Positions 46,094 through 56,211 of a DNA stretch of 64,000 nt are shown one piece after another. The first letter of the stretch is position 1, and every line of letters begins with the position of its first letter. The DNA is from a bacterium (lineage in GTDB: Bacteria > Verrucomicrobiota > Kiritimatiellia > CAIKKV01 > CAITUY01): assembly GCA_037132275.1 (NCBI GenBank), contig JBAXPK010000007.1, positions 518-64,517 of the forward strand. The letters are read 5' to 3'. A program made the position numbers and the translations under genes. The notes under the pieces are model-generated. The model ran no database searches, had not been told where the DNA came from, and saw only the letters and a list, made by a program, of their open reading frames with translations.

Positions 46094-48069
46094 AATATCT
46101 ACTGATACTGGGGCTTGTGATCCTGGTCGCCCGCCCATGCGTTGGTGAGAATCTTATCCCTCATGGTGACTGGAGAACAGGAAGTGACCCCTCGCCATGG
46201 GTCGTCGCTCAGGGTGATGGCAAGGTGTTGGGTTTCGACAAAGGCAAGGACGGCAACCGCTGCCTCAAAATCGATTTGCCTCCGGGGCGGTCAATTCGCC
46301 TGGAAATCCCGACTATCACGGTTGATCCCAAGAAGAAGTACAGGTTTCAGTATCAGTACAAGACAACCGCCAAACGGATTGTCTGGTCGACAATTGCGGT
46401 GGAGTACTTCAATCCCGGACGGAGCCTCGGGGCACAGTCGATGGCGTTTCTGGATAACCAGGCAGAGTGGAAGACGAAGGAGTACCTGCTGATCATTCCT
46501 GAAGGCACGACGACGTGCAAGGTTCGTCTGAAGATAACGGAGACCGGGGACTACTGGATAGACGGAGTTTCAATCTCTGAAATCAGCGGCAAGGAAGCCT
46601 CAAGACTATCCCTTGTCGGGAAGATGAAAGCTATCCCCGTCAGGAAGGCCAGGCGACTTCCGGAAATCGCGCCCGAGGGCAAATATTCCGTCAGGCAAGT
46701 CAAGGACGTATGGTGGCTGTTTGATCCCGAGGGTAAGGCGTTCTGGAATGTGAGCCTGTGGGGTGGCGGGCCCATCGGGGAGGACGGGGAATTGCCGCTT
46801 CGAAAGACCATCCAGTCCCGCTATTATATGACCGGTAAGACTAACGAATACTACAATACCGTGTTTGACAACTTAACAGAGTGGGGCTTCAACTCGATGG
46901 GGGCGGGGGTGGAAATCGGGCCGATGAACCGGGCTCTCCAGATGAGACAACTCAACAAGGCGGCCACCCTTCCCTATGTTGACACCCTGGTGTTGAGCAT
47001 CAACCTGCCAGGTCGGGATGGGCACCGGTTGTGGGAGATTGCAGAAGGCCTTTACGGGGTGGGGCGGGTCAAGGTGGAAGACCTGGCGATGGTGGACCGA
47101 AATTCAAAGCCGGTGCTGGGTACCGCAGTGCCCTTTCCCGATGTGTTCAGTGAGAAATTTAGAACTGCCTATGACCTGTATGTGAAGGAGTGGTTTGAAA
47201 AGAGGCGGGCAGGGGATTGTTTTGCGGTCTGCCTGGATAATGAACTGCCCTGGGCGGAACTGCCTCAAGCCATCTATTCGCCAGCCTGTCGCCGGGAATT
47301 CGCGGATTTTGCAAAGGCGAAATTCAAGGGCCGGATTGACGAGTACAACAAGCGCTATAATACGGGACTCAAGACTTTCGAGGAGCTTGACAACACGATG
47401 CCGCATCGATCCGGTGGCGTTGGCGACGAATTGATCTTTGAGTTTCTGAGGCGCTACATCCGTGAGTATTTTGCCTTTCAAATCGCCACGGTGCGGAAGT
47501 ACAGGCCGGACTGTCTCATCATTGGCCAACGGCTCCCCTTCGCTGCGGCCATGGATGGCTTCGGCCGGACGAAAGCCATCTATGATTGGTGCATCGACTT
47601 GTTTTCCGTGTATGACATGATCGGTCTCAATGTCTATCCCCAGGGACAGGACCACTTTACGCGCGACCAGATGCGAACCGTCGAATACTTCCACAAGAAG
47701 ACGGGCCGGCCTCTGGTCATTACGGAATGGTGTATTTGCTGCGAACAATCAGGAGTCCCCACCACGGTTGGTTGGCCGTTGTGGAGCACCGTTCCCACTT
47801 GGGAGGACAGGGGGAACGGATACAGGAACTGCCTGATCCAGTTGGCCAGTTTGCCCTACGTTGTTGGGGCACATTGGTTTTCTTCATACAACGGCTACAC
47901 GTGGATAGAAGGGGTTCGCCAGCCCGCTTATAATCACGGTTTTTATCAGGACGATTACACGCCGAATCCCGTGTTTCTGAAAAAAGTTGTCGAGGCCAAC
48001 AAGATGGTGACGCACATGGAGCGGAAGGCGGGTTTCTCCGTGGATGACATAAAGTACCTGAGGGAGTAG
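46090..48069 (+). CDS. Secreted clan GH-A-like (TIM-barrel) glycoside hydrolase with an N-terminal CBM-like beta-sandwich
   Basis: Signal peptide MKYLLILGLVILVARPCVG. Putative acid/base CLDNELPW and nucleophile VITEWCI motifs. The N-terminal 150 aa are beta-sandwich-like. Confidence 0.4.
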   Translation: MKYLLILGLVILVARPCVGENLIPHGDWRTGSDPSPWVVAQGDGKVLGFDKGKDGNRCLKIDLPPGRSIRLEIPTITVDPKKKYRFQYQYKTTAKRIVWSTIAVEYFNPGRSLGAQSMAFLDNQAEWKTKEYLLIIPEGTTTCKVRLKITETGDYWIDGVSISEISGKEASRLSLVGKMKAIPVRKARRLPEIAPEGKYSVRQVKDVWWLFDPEGKAFWNVSLWGGGPIGEDGELPLRKTIQSRYYMTGKTNEYYNTVFDNLTEWGFNSMGAGVEIGPMNRALQMRQLNKAATLPYVDTLVLSINLPGRDGHRLWEIAEGLYGVGRVKVEDLAMVDRNSKPVLGTAVPFPDVFSEKFRTAYDLYVKEWFEKRRAGDCFAVCLDNELPWAELPQAIYSPACRREFADFAKAKFKGRIDEYNKRYNTGLKTFEELDNTMPHRSGGVGDELIFEFLRRYIREYFAFQIATVRKYRPDCLIIGQRLPFAAAMDGFGRTKAIYDWCIDLFSVYDMIGLNVYPQGQDHFTRDQMRTVEYFHKKTGRPLVITEWCICCEQSGVPTTVGWPLWSTVPTWEDRGNGYRNCLIQLASLPYVVGAHWFSSYNGYTWIEGVRQPAYNHGFYQDDYTPNPVFLKKVVEANKMVTHMERKAGFSVDDIKYLRE

Positions 48070-48933
48070 TCAGGTTGCCGGCTTCCCGCAGGAATGCCGC
48101 TTCCGATAAATCACATAGCGCATATCGGAACAGGTCGTCCTGAAATGTTCGTGAATCTGCGCCGGGGAAGATAGTTCCTCGCATAAGAGGTAGTCTTCCT
48201 GCTTCACCAAATCACAGTTCTTTTCCAACGACTGCTGAATGCGATCCCATTCGATGTGATCGTGAGGGTAGACATGAATGTCGCCTTCCGCGTTCAATCC
48301 GAAAAGTCTTCTATTGATCAGGCGCCGCCACGCAATGATCGAAAATAGCTTAAGGGCCTTATTCCGCAGCCGCACTCCCGCAGGAACTCGCTGCAGGCGA
48401 TGAAGTTGCGTCCGATATTCATAGTAAACAGGTGAATTCCCCAGCCAGAAAGAAGGGCATTTTTCGTGATCGATGAACAGCAAGCCGCCCGGTTTTGTTG
48501 TTCGAATCATTTCTTCAACGGCGCCGAGGTAGTCGGGAATATGATGCAGAACCGAGTAGGTGGCAACCATGTCAAACGTGTCGTTCTCGAAGCCCGCCAG
48601 ATCGGTGCCGTTGAGGAGAAACGTTGTCAGCTTGCGGTTGTTTGGAAATTTCTCAGTCAATAGTTGGAGGCTTTTCTGTGACACATCGGCGGCGACGACA
48701 TTTGCCCCGAGGCGAAGCAGGTGTGTCGTGAGGTTTCCCGTACCCGCTCCCAGGTCAAGAATCGTCCAGGGTTCCGCCGATATAGCCATTTGAGACAGGG
48801 ATTCCCGCAAGACCGTGGCGAGGCGATGCTGTTCTGTCGGGTTGTAGATTTCATAGTGGATGCCATCGTAGTGAGCCGCACAGGCGTTATGCACCCGTTG
48901 GTTATGGAGAACAGCGGGGTCTTTTAAATTCAT
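48070..48933 (-). CDS. Class I SAM-dependent methyltransferase
   Basis: Motif I ILDLGAGTGNLTTHLLRLGANVVAADVS. Acidic residue after beta-2. Confidence 0.7.
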   Translation of the reverse strand: MNLKDPAVLHNQRVHNACAAHYDGIHYEIYNPTEQHRLATVLRESLSQMAISAEPWTILDLGAGTGNLTTHLLRLGANVVAADVSQKSLQLLTEKFPNNRKLTTFLLNGTDLAGFENDTFDMVATYSVLHHIPDYLGAVEEMIRTTKPGGLLFIDHEKCPSFWLGNSPVYYEYRTQLHRLQRVPAGVRLRNKALKLFSIIAWRRLINRRLFGLNAEGDIHVYPHDHIEWDRIQQSLEKNCDLVKQEDYLLCEELSSPAQIHEHFRTTCSDMRYVIYRKRHSCGKPAT

Positions 48934-48934
48934 G

Positions 48935-50128
48935 TCATGTGTGAACGGTCATGTGCCGGTGGGTTTCGGGACTTGCCAGGGACGATTCAGGCCGGTGCGT
49001 TTGCCAGATCACGAAGTTCCTTTTCCGGAGGCAGTTGATGATGGCCGCAAGGGCGGCCAGATTTGCGGTAAAAAAATAGTGGGGCAGGCGAAACAAGGCG
49101 GGGCCGATATTGAGTCGATCCAGCATGGCGCCAATGGCCGAGATCAGGATGAACGAGACTTGAAGCAGGAGCGTCATGCGGTAGAAGGGTTGATGCAGCA
49201 GAAACACGTTGGCAGTGAATGCGGTTAGCGCGAAGACAGGAACCATCCAGCGTAGCAGGCGATGACTGATAACCTGGAGGGCAAACCCGCCGATTCGGAA
49301 CGGATTGAGAACATCGGGTGCGATCCGAAGGCTGGTGAGGCAGCGGGTCATGATTCTGACTTTTCTGGCAAACTCATCCTTCAACTCGGGCAGGACGGCT
49401 TCGCGTGATATTGCGCAGGGCTCGAAGATGTGCCGTTTTTGGTGGTAGCACATGATGAGCAAGGGTTCCATGAAGTCGCTGATCATGGCGGGATCAAGAG
49501 GGATGTACAACGCCCGTCGGACGGCATAGATCGGCCCCGTGGCGCCCGTGCAGGATAACACACGGCTTTCCCATGTCTTAATGTAAGATTCCATGTCGCG
49601 ATAGATTAACTCATGATGAGCCGTTGCCGATCCCCGTGGTGTGAAGTCCACCCGCCGACCTTCCACGCAACCGACATCCTCGCGAGAAAAATGCCAGATC
49701 AACCACTGCAGTGCAGTGGGTTCGTAAAGGGCGTTGGCATCGGAGAACACCAGGATGTCTCCCGTGGCCTGAGCGACGGCGATGTTCTGTGCCGCAGTCT
49801 TTCCCTGTTGCCGCCCTAGCCTGATCAGGTGCACGCCCTGTGCCCGGAATCCGGCCACGATCTCATCCGTCCGATCCGTGGAGCCGTCAGAGACAACGAT
49901 AATCTCCCGTTTCCCACGGGGATAGCCCAGGGAAAGCGCATTTTGGAGTTTCTCCTCAATGACATGTTCCTCGTTGAACGCCGCAATAATAATACTGACA
50001 GACGGCCAGCTATTAGTTGGGGGTGGCGTTGGCTCTCGGTTGAACTGTGACAGGAGCCAGATGATGAGGGGGTAGCCGACATACACATAGACGATGACGG
50101 CTACACTTGACCAGAATAGGAACGCCAT
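48935..50128 (-). CDS. Membrane-bound family 2 glycosyltransferase (processive synthase-like)
   Basis: VSIIIAAFNEEHVIEEKL...VVSDGSTDRT...FSDANA (DxD-like). Q..RW-like HRLLRW. N- and C-terminal TM segments. Confidence 0.7.
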   Translation of the reverse strand: MAFLFWSSVAVIVYVYVGYPLIIWLLSQFNREPTPPPTNSWPSVSIIIAAFNEEHVIEEKLQNALSLGYPRGKREIIVVSDGSTDRTDEIVAGFRAQGVHLIRLGRQQGKTAAQNIAVAQATGDILVFSDANALYEPTALQWLIWHFSREDVGCVEGRRVDFTPRGSATAHHELIYRDMESYIKTWESRVLSCTGATGPIYAVRRALYIPLDPAMISDFMEPLLIMCYHQKRHIFEPCAISREAVLPELKDEFARKVRIMTRCLTSLRIAPDVLNPFRIGGFALQVISHRLLRWMVPVFALTAFTANVFLLHQPFYRMTLLLQVSFILISAIGAMLDRLNIGPALFRLPHYFFTANLAALAAIINCLRKRNFVIWQTHRPESSLASPETHRHMTVHT

Positions 50129-50839
50129 TTAGTAGGTAATCTCCTTGCCGCTGGCGATCACAAAAAACGTCGTCGTCAGAATCCAGAGGTCAAGCCATGT
50201 GCTTTGGTAACGGAGGTAATAGAGGTCGTACACCAGTCGTGCTGACATATCGGGCATGCCGCGGTTATGGATTTGCTGATACCCGGTGATGCCGGGCTTG
50301 ACCAGCAGTCTGATGCGCTGTTCCACATTGTAACGGTTCGCCAACGTCACCACCTCGGGACGCGGGCCGACGAGGCTCATTTCCCCCCGCAGGACATTCA
50401 GCAACTGGGGAAGCTCATCCAGGCCAAAGCGGCGGAGGAATCGGCCCAGGCGGGTCACGCGCGGGTCGTCCTTGAGTTTGTAGACCGGTTCCTCCAGGGC
50501 TTCGATGTTGATGTAATGTTTCAACTGCTCTTCAGCGCCAACCACCATGGAGCGGAACTTGAACATGTTAAAGGGGCGGCCATTCAATCCGGCCCGTGCT
50601 TGCGTGAAGAAGACGGGTCCTCTGCTGGACGTCTTGATGGCCACGGCGATGAGCGCCCAAAGGGGCATGGTGATGATAATTCCCAGAAGGGCGAAGATGA
50701 TATCCGTGCCTCGCTTGATGACTTCCTGTGTTTGAACACTCGTGTTTGTGATTCCACCAGGGGATGGAAGGGCCTCTTCCCATTCGGTGATCGAACCCGG
50801 TTCGCCAACCCATGCCGCCGTTCCGTAATGACCGTTCAT
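50129..50839 (-). CDS. Polyprenyl-phosphate sugar-1-phosphate transferase (small PGT, PglC/WbaP C-terminal-domain type)
   Basis: [13 protein letters not shown]...[14 protein letters not shown] signature of bacterial sugar transferases. A single N-terminal TM. Confidence 0.8.
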   Translation of the reverse strand: MNGHYGTAAWVGEPGSITEWEEALPSPGGITNTSVQTQEVIKRGTDIIFALLGIIITMPLWALIAVAIKTSSRGPVFFTQARAGLNGRPFNMFKFRSMVVGAEEQLKHYINIEALEEPVYKLKDDPRVTRLGRFLRRFGLDELPQLLNVLRGEMSLVGPRPEVVTLANRYNVEQRIRLLVKPGITGYQQIHNRGMPDMSARLVYDLYYLRYQSTWLDLWILTTTFFVIASGKEITY

Positions 50840-50903
50840 AATTGTGTCCCCCTGAAATTGGTTGAGTGAAGCAACTGAATGGCAACATCATCCCGAAAAA
50901 CGG

Positions 50904-52445
50904 TTAGCGAGGAATTAGTGATTGGGTATTTTTTGGTCTGGAAGGCGCGGCCCCCGCATCAGCCGGAGTGGGGGCGGTTGCCTCCCGTTCATAGGCCTGC
51001 ATGCGGTGGATGGCAGGCCGCATGATGGCCGTGTAAGCCGCCCAGGCGGCGAGGGCTCCCACCACCACGCGAGCCGGAGACCAGGGGAGAAGCGTTGTCC
51101 AGGGAATGGCAAACAGGATGACTAACACGGCGGCCATGGCGCCTGCGAAGCGACCCCAGGCAAACCAGACCCGCTCCCGTGTCGGGATGCGCCACCAGAG
51201 ATAGCCGGCCACGATCCAGACGGACACCGAGCCGGACAGCGCTATGCCGGGCACGCCCTGGTGGCGCAGTAAGAGATTGCCGATCGCATGGGCGAACACG
51301 GCCAGCAGTCCCATGCCGACCATCCCTTTAAGGTCGCGTCTGATGACATAGAGTCCGGCGAGGCATTGGACGCAGTAAATGGCGGGGATGCTTAGCGCGA
51401 AGATGCGCACAGCGACGATCACGATTTCCGACGAGGGCGCGTCAAACTTGCCGCGCAGGAGGAGGAGGGTGACAATGTCGCGGGCCGCCCAGGCAATAAC
51501 GACAGCCAGCAACATGCCCAGCGCGGAGAGGAACAGCGACCCCTGCTTGGCCAGCCGGTTGGGGTCCGCGATTCTTGCATGAATCCGCACCATCTCGGGT
51601 AACCAGGGTATCAACAGGCTGGTCGAGAGCAGGAAGGGCATCATGCGGGCGAGCCGGTCGGCATAGGAAAACAAGGCGATGGATCCTGGTGCCATGAATG
51701 ACATCATGGCGCGATCCAGGACACCTTCCACCTGCATCTGGATGACGGAGCAGAGCACCACGATGGCGCCCAGCCAAAACGGCAACAGATGACGTGGATG
51801 AACCGGCACCCACCGGGTCGGCAGCATCTGGAAGCCTTTTCGGGTTCCCCATACAAAGAGCAGGAGCCATTGCGAGAAGGCGGCCACCGTCAGTCCCAGG
51901 GTGTAGGCCATGATGCCGCCGTGGCGGCCCAGGGTGAAGAGCGACACAATGGCGATAACGCGCCAGAGGGTCTCGCCCAATTCAGGGACGACAAACAGGC
52001 GGCGCGCATGAAATACGCTTTGTGCGGAGCCGAACAACAGAAACAACAGCAGGGACGGCGCCAGCATGCGGAGCAGCCGTTGTGCGTCATGGGCGGCTGC
52101 GGCGTCGAAGCCCGGCGACGTCAGTTTCACAATCAGGGGAGCGCCGACCCAGATCAGCAGGGTGATGGAAGCGGCGGCGATGATCACGACGATTTGGAAA
52201 TTCTCCGCGAAATCCTTGGGGCCATGGCCTTCGTCCGACTCCACCAGGCACGGCACGGCGGCGGTGCGGATCACCCGCGACAAATCACGCGCCAGGAAAA
52301 CGGCCACGGCCATGGCCACGAACAGGGCATCCACTTCGCGGCTGACGCCAAAGACGGCCGCCAGGCCGATGCTGAGCAGGAGCCCGAGCCCCGAATTTAG
52401 GGCGCGGAGAACGGCCAGTCTAAACCCTGTGGCTCCGAGTGACAC
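50904..52445 (-). CDS. MurJ/MviN- or Wzx-type MOP-superfamily flippase
   Basis: GTG start at 52445 lies 4 nt after the upstream GT4 stop; the ORF-track start at 52835 gives a non-protein-like N-terminus. 12-14 TM segments. N-terminal region LAVLRALNSGLGLLLSIGLAAVFGVSREVDALFVAMAV is typical of MurJ-like proteins. Confidence 0.6.
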   Translation of the reverse strand: MSLGATGFRLAVLRALNSGLGLLLSIGLAAVFGVSREVDALFVAMAVAVFLARDLSRVIRTAAVPCLVESDEGHGPKDFAENFQIVVIIAAASITLLIWVGAPLIVKLTSPGFDAAAAHDAQRLLRMLAPSLLLFLLFGSAQSVFHARRLFVVPELGETLWRVIAIVSLFTLGRHGGIMAYTLGLTVAAFSQWLLLFVWGTRKGFQMLPTRWVPVHPRHLLPFWLGAIVVLCSVIQMQVEGVLDRAMMSFMAPGSIALFSYADRLARMMPFLLSTSLLIPWLPEMVRIHARIADPNRLAKQGSLFLSALGMLLAVVIAWAARDIVTLLLLRGKFDAPSSEIVIVAVRIFALSIPAIYCVQCLAGLYVIRRDLKGMVGMGLLAVFAHAIGNLLLRHQGVPGIALSGSVSVWIVAGYLWWRIPTRERVWFAWGRFAGAMAAVLVILFAIPWTTLLPWSPARVVVGALAAWAAYTAIMRPAIHRMQAYEREATAPTPADAGAAPSRPKNTQSLIPR

Positions 52446-52449
52446 GATG

Positions 52450-53637
52450 TTATGCTCTTCCCGATCGCAGGGGTGACGCCAAGGATGGTAGAGTGGTGAA
52501 CAAACCGAGATAGACGGAGACTTCCTCTTGCAGCGTGAAATGCCGGAGCACCCAAGCCCTGCCACGACGACCAATGTTATCCCACTGGTCTGGCTGGGAT
52601 GATAGTGACCGCAGTTTTCCCGCCAAATCCAGAGTGTTTCCTTCTTCTGCCAGCCACTCCCTGTTTGAAGGGGGAATGGCTTCCGGTATCCCGGCGTGAC
52701 GGGTTGCAACCACAGGCAAGCCTGCCGCCTGTGCTTCCAGAATGGTGATGGGGATTCCCTCCCTATCGCCGTTTCGAGCTGTTCGGCTGGGCAGAACAAA
52801 GGCATCGTGTTCCCGCAGAATCCCAGGGATGTCACGGTTGGATGCCTCCCCTTTGAAGTTCACCCTGTCCTTGACGCCCAGTCTCTGCGCCAGATTCTCC
52901 AGATGACGCCGTTGGGGGCCATCGCCCCATATGTTCAAGCGAAGGGGCAGGAGGGTCAGGTTCCGGATCATCGCTACGGCGTGGAGCAGATCGTCAAACC
53001 CCTTCTTTTCCACGAGTCTCCCGATGCTGACAAGGCGGAAGGCGTCGGGCTGGGGAGGGGGATGGTTGACTGGCGGAAAGCGTGAGATGTCCACGCCGCA
53101 GTGGATTATTCTGATGCGTTCCGCAGGGCAACCGAGTTCAATCAACCGGGCTTTTCCATGTTCCGAGATCGCTACGGCCTGTGTCTTCGATTCCCATAAT
53201 GATGTGTAGGTTCCAGGACGGACGTGGCTCATGAAGAGATCGAACGCGTGAAACACCACGACCAGCGGGATACCCAGGTCGCGAGCCGCTGGCGATATGG
53301 CGGCGCCAGCGCCGCCGAAATGCGCGAGGATGACGTCAGGCCGGATGTCCTGGAGTGTCTGGCGGGTTTTCCGGTACGGTAAGGGAAACCGGTACACTCC
53401 GAGGCAATGTTTTTGAATCGCGAAGGCCGCCTTTTGCGGGAACGAAAGAGGCAGCAGTTTCACCCGGACGAAGGGCCTTTCGCCCTCATTCACCCTGACG
53501 GTTGTCATGACATGATTTTCCGTTCCCGCCTGTTCCAGTCCCTGGACGAGCTCATAGATGAACGTTTCGCTAATCCGGTTGAACTTCGTGCATATATGGG
53601 CGATCCGCATGGTGTCGTGCCTGTTAGTCGAGGTCAA
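52450..53637 (-). CDS. Glycosyltransferase family 4 (GT-B)
   Basis: MRIAHICTKFN...GGAGAA. C-terminal EGIPITILEAQAAGLPVVATRHAGIPE. Confidence 0.75.
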   Translation of the reverse strand: MTSTNRHDTMRIAHICTKFNRISETFIYELVQGLEQAGTENHVMTTVRVNEGERPFVRVKLLPLSFPQKAAFAIQKHCLGVYRFPLPYRKTRQTLQDIRPDVILAHFGGAGAAISPAARDLGIPLVVVFHAFDLFMSHVRPGTYTSLWESKTQAVAISEHGKARLIELGCPAERIRIIHCGVDISRFPPVNHPPPQPDAFRLVSIGRLVEKKGFDDLLHAVAMIRNLTLLPLRLNIWGDGPQRRHLENLAQRLGVKDRVNFKGEASNRDIPGILREHDAFVLPSRTARNGDREGIPITILEAQAAGLPVVATRHAGIPEAIPPSNREWLAEEGNTLDLAGKLRSLSSQPDQWDNIGRRGRAWVLRHFTLQEEVSVYLGLFTTLPSLASPLRSGRA

Positions 53638-53799
53638 TGGACATTAGGAAAATGTCTATATTCCGATATCTCGGTGGTGGGTGTGTTTGCGACACGTTAG
53701 TTTTGAGTTACAAGTGAAGGCTTTCCCGCGCCATATCCGCCACAAGAGAGATGACCTTCCGTGCGGTTAGCAACGCAGGGATGCCCAATCATCACAAGG

Positions 53800-54453
53800 T
53801 CATAATGATACGGTCAGACCGACAGTTTCGCCATTGTGCTGATCGAGCGACATGTCGGCGATGCGGTTGCAATGACCCCCGATCTGGCCGAGGTTGGAGA
53901 CGACCACACATGCTGCCAGCAAAGCCTTGATTGGAATACCCGGTTGGTTGAGGGCGGCTTCAAAACGGGCGGTCAGTCTGCGGTGGACCATGGTGAGTGT
54001 GGCGCAATCTTCCCTGGTGGCATGAGCCGCGTTAGCGTTTTGGGAAACGACAGCGTTGATGGCTTTGGCGCAGGACGTGGCGGCAAGTTTGGCCAGAAGC
54101 GAGATGTCGCGGGCGGTCGCGGGAAGTCCGAGCAACGCGATGGCTCCGGTTTGATGGGCGACTTTCTTGGTCAGGACACCGATCTGGCCCAATTCATGGG
54201 CGATTATGGCCAGGGCGGAAACAGGGTGGAGGTTGTCGTTTGTAGGTGTCTGGAAGGGTAAGATTTCCAGGCATTTCTCCTTGATTTGGATCTTGCGTCG
54301 ATTCCAGTTCTGGGCGTGGCTGATTACGGATTCAGCAGCCGTGTCATTGCCCGTGATGGCGGCCTCAGCCGCCTGCGGAACCTGGCTTTGTATCGAGTCC
54401 GCCAATTCGCGGATTTCATTTTTCAATGCGTCAATCTGAGAGTGTTGTTTCAT
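53800..54453 (-). CDS. PhoU-domain protein
   Basis: Two PhoU-type repeats: LAIIAHELGQIGVLTKKVAHQ against E. coli ISKTIAELERIGDVADKI, and VVVSNLGQIGGHCNRIADM against CARSIERIGDRCQNICEF. Confidence 0.55.
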   Translation of the reverse strand: MKQHSQIDALKNEIRELADSIQSQVPQAAEAAITGNDTAAESVISHAQNWNRRKIQIKEKCLEILPFQTPTNDNLHPVSALAIIAHELGQIGVLTKKVAHQTGAIALLGLPATARDISLLAKLAATSCAKAINAVVSQNANAAHATREDCATLTMVHRRLTARFEAALNQPGIPIKALLAACVVVSNLGQIGGHCNRIADMSLDQHNGETVGLTVSL

Positions 54454-54651
54454 GGGGTGTCCATCTATCGTTAGTCATTCGGTTGGTATATTCCCTCCAG
54501 TCTGTTGGGGCAGTGATAGCGGTGTGTAATAATTCCGTTTGAATGGCGGGTGTTCCAGACAGGTTGAGACAGCGCAGAGGCTGAGGTTCATGTGAGGGGC
54601 AGACCAGCTATGGACGTCGGAAAACACCTTGATCCGTGTCCGCCGGATGAG

Positions 54652-55311
54652 TTATCTCGCCGCCCAGAGCATGCCCCGTAGCACAATCTCGCGCGCTTCA
54701 GAAACCTCGAAGTCCTTGTGAGTATGTCCCCAGCAGGCGACAAACACCCGGCCTTTGCCGTAGGTTTTGGTGTAGGCGTAAGGCATGACGGTGCCCGCCT
54801 GGTAACGATCACGCTCACCATGGGTACCGCTAAAGATCGTACGGCACAGCACGTGGACGCTCGGATCAACGTGAATGAAATATTGCTCGGTGTCGGGCAT
54901 CGTAAAGTTGTTCAAGCCCTTCACGATGGGATGCCGGGGATCCACAATCTCGACCGTGTAGGAGGGAATGCAGTTGCCGGGGTGTGCCACCCATTGCCCG
55001 CCGGTCATCCATTGGTACTCCGTGTGGTTCCGGAATGAGTCAATGATGCCGCCATGCCAGCCGGCAAGCCCGACCCCGGCTCGCACCGCCGCCAGCAATC
55101 CGTCTGCCTGGGGATCCTCGATCTTTCCCATGGTCCAGCACGGGACGATCAAATCCTGAGCCGCCAGGAGATCCTTGTCGGCATAACTGGTTAAGCTGTC
55201 GGAAATCTTCACCTCAAAACCCTTCGCGGCCAGAAGCGGCGCAAATACATCGACCGACTCCTTGGGCGTGTGCCCATTCCAGCCGCCCCAAACCATCAGT
55301 GCTTTTTTCAT
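54652..55311 (-). CDS. ThuA-domain protein (class I glutamine-amidotransferase-like fold)
   Basis: MKKALMVWGGWNGHTP...LIVPCWTMG...GLAGWHGG is typical of the ThuA family. Confidence 0.5.
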   Translation of the reverse strand: MKKALMVWGGWNGHTPKESVDVFAPLLAAKGFEVKISDSLTSYADKDLLAAQDLIVPCWTMGKIEDPQADGLLAAVRAGVGLAGWHGGIIDSFRNHTEYQWMTGGQWVAHPGNCIPSYTVEIVDPRHPIVKGLNNFTMPDTEQYFIHVDPSVHVLCRTIFSGTHGERDRYQAGTVMPYAYTKTYGKGRVFVACWGHTHKDFEVSEAREIVLRGMLWAAR

Positions 55312-55326
55312 ATTGAATTGGCCGTG

Positions 55327-56211
55327 TTATGCGTTTCTGAAGCGCCGGGTAAGATCGCCATAGGCGTCGATGCGGCGATCCCGTAGAAAAGGCCAGATTC
55401 GGCGAATGGTTTCGCTCTGGTCTAAATTCACTTGGGCCATGAGTAGCTCATCCTTTTCCGTCCCGGCGGTAGCCATGAATTCGCCCTGGCAACCGGCGGC
55501 AAAGGTGTGCCCCCAGAAGTTAATGCCGTTGCCCCCGGCGGATGAGGATTCGAAGCCAACCCGGTTGACGCTGAGTACGGGCAGCCCATTAGCGATGGCA
55601 TGTGACCGCTGAATGGTGATCCAGGCGTCAAGCTGGCGCTGTTTTTCGTCCTGAACATCAGCGGGATCCCAACCGATGGCGGTCGGATAAATCAGGATTT
55701 GAGCGCCATCCAGTGCCATCAATCGGGCCGCTTCCGGGTACCATTGATCCCAGCAAACCAGCACCCCCAGTTTGCCAACGGAGGTGGGTATGGCGTGGAA
55801 TCCGAGGTCGCCCGGGGTGAAATAGAATTTTTCGTAGAAAGCGGGATCATCCGGGATGTGCATCTTGCGATACAGGCCGGCAATGGAACCGTCGGTTTCG
55901 AATACTACGGCGGTATTGTGATACAACCCTGCCGCCCGCCGTTCGAAGAATGACCCGACAAGCACGACGTGGTTGTCCCGCGCCGCCTTGGCAAAGGTGT
56001 CCGTCAACGGCCCCGGAATCGGCTCGGCCAGGGAACAAAGTTCCGGATTTTCAACCTGGCAGAAATAAAGAGAGGTGTGCAGTTCGGAGAGAACAACCAG
56101 TTTGGCGCCGGCCTGTGCCGCCTCCCGGATCGCCGCCACGCTCTTGGCCACGTTGGCAACACGATCGGGTCCGAATGAATGTTGGATCAGGGCTGTCTTG
56201 AGCAGTTTCAT
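55327..56211 (-). CDS. aguB: N-carbamoylputrescine amidase (carbon-nitrogen hydrolase)
   Basis: Nitrilase-superfamily catalytic triad context (LVVLSELH...RKMHIP...VLVCWDQWYPEAAR). Adjacent to and co-directional with aguA. Confidence 0.7.
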   Translation of the reverse strand: MKLLKTALIQHSFGPDRVANVAKSVAAIREAAQAGAKLVVLSELHTSLYFCQVENPELCSLAEPIPGPLTDTFAKAARDNHVVLVGSFFERRAAGLYHNTAVVFETDGSIAGLYRKMHIPDDPAFYEKFYFTPGDLGFHAIPTSVGKLGVLVCWDQWYPEAARLMALDGAQILIYPTAIGWDPADVQDEKQRQLDAWITIQRSHAIANGLPVLSVNRVGFESSSAGGNGINFWGHTFAAGCQGEFMATAGTEKDELLMAQVNLDQSETIRRIWPFLRDRRIDAYGDLTRRFRNA

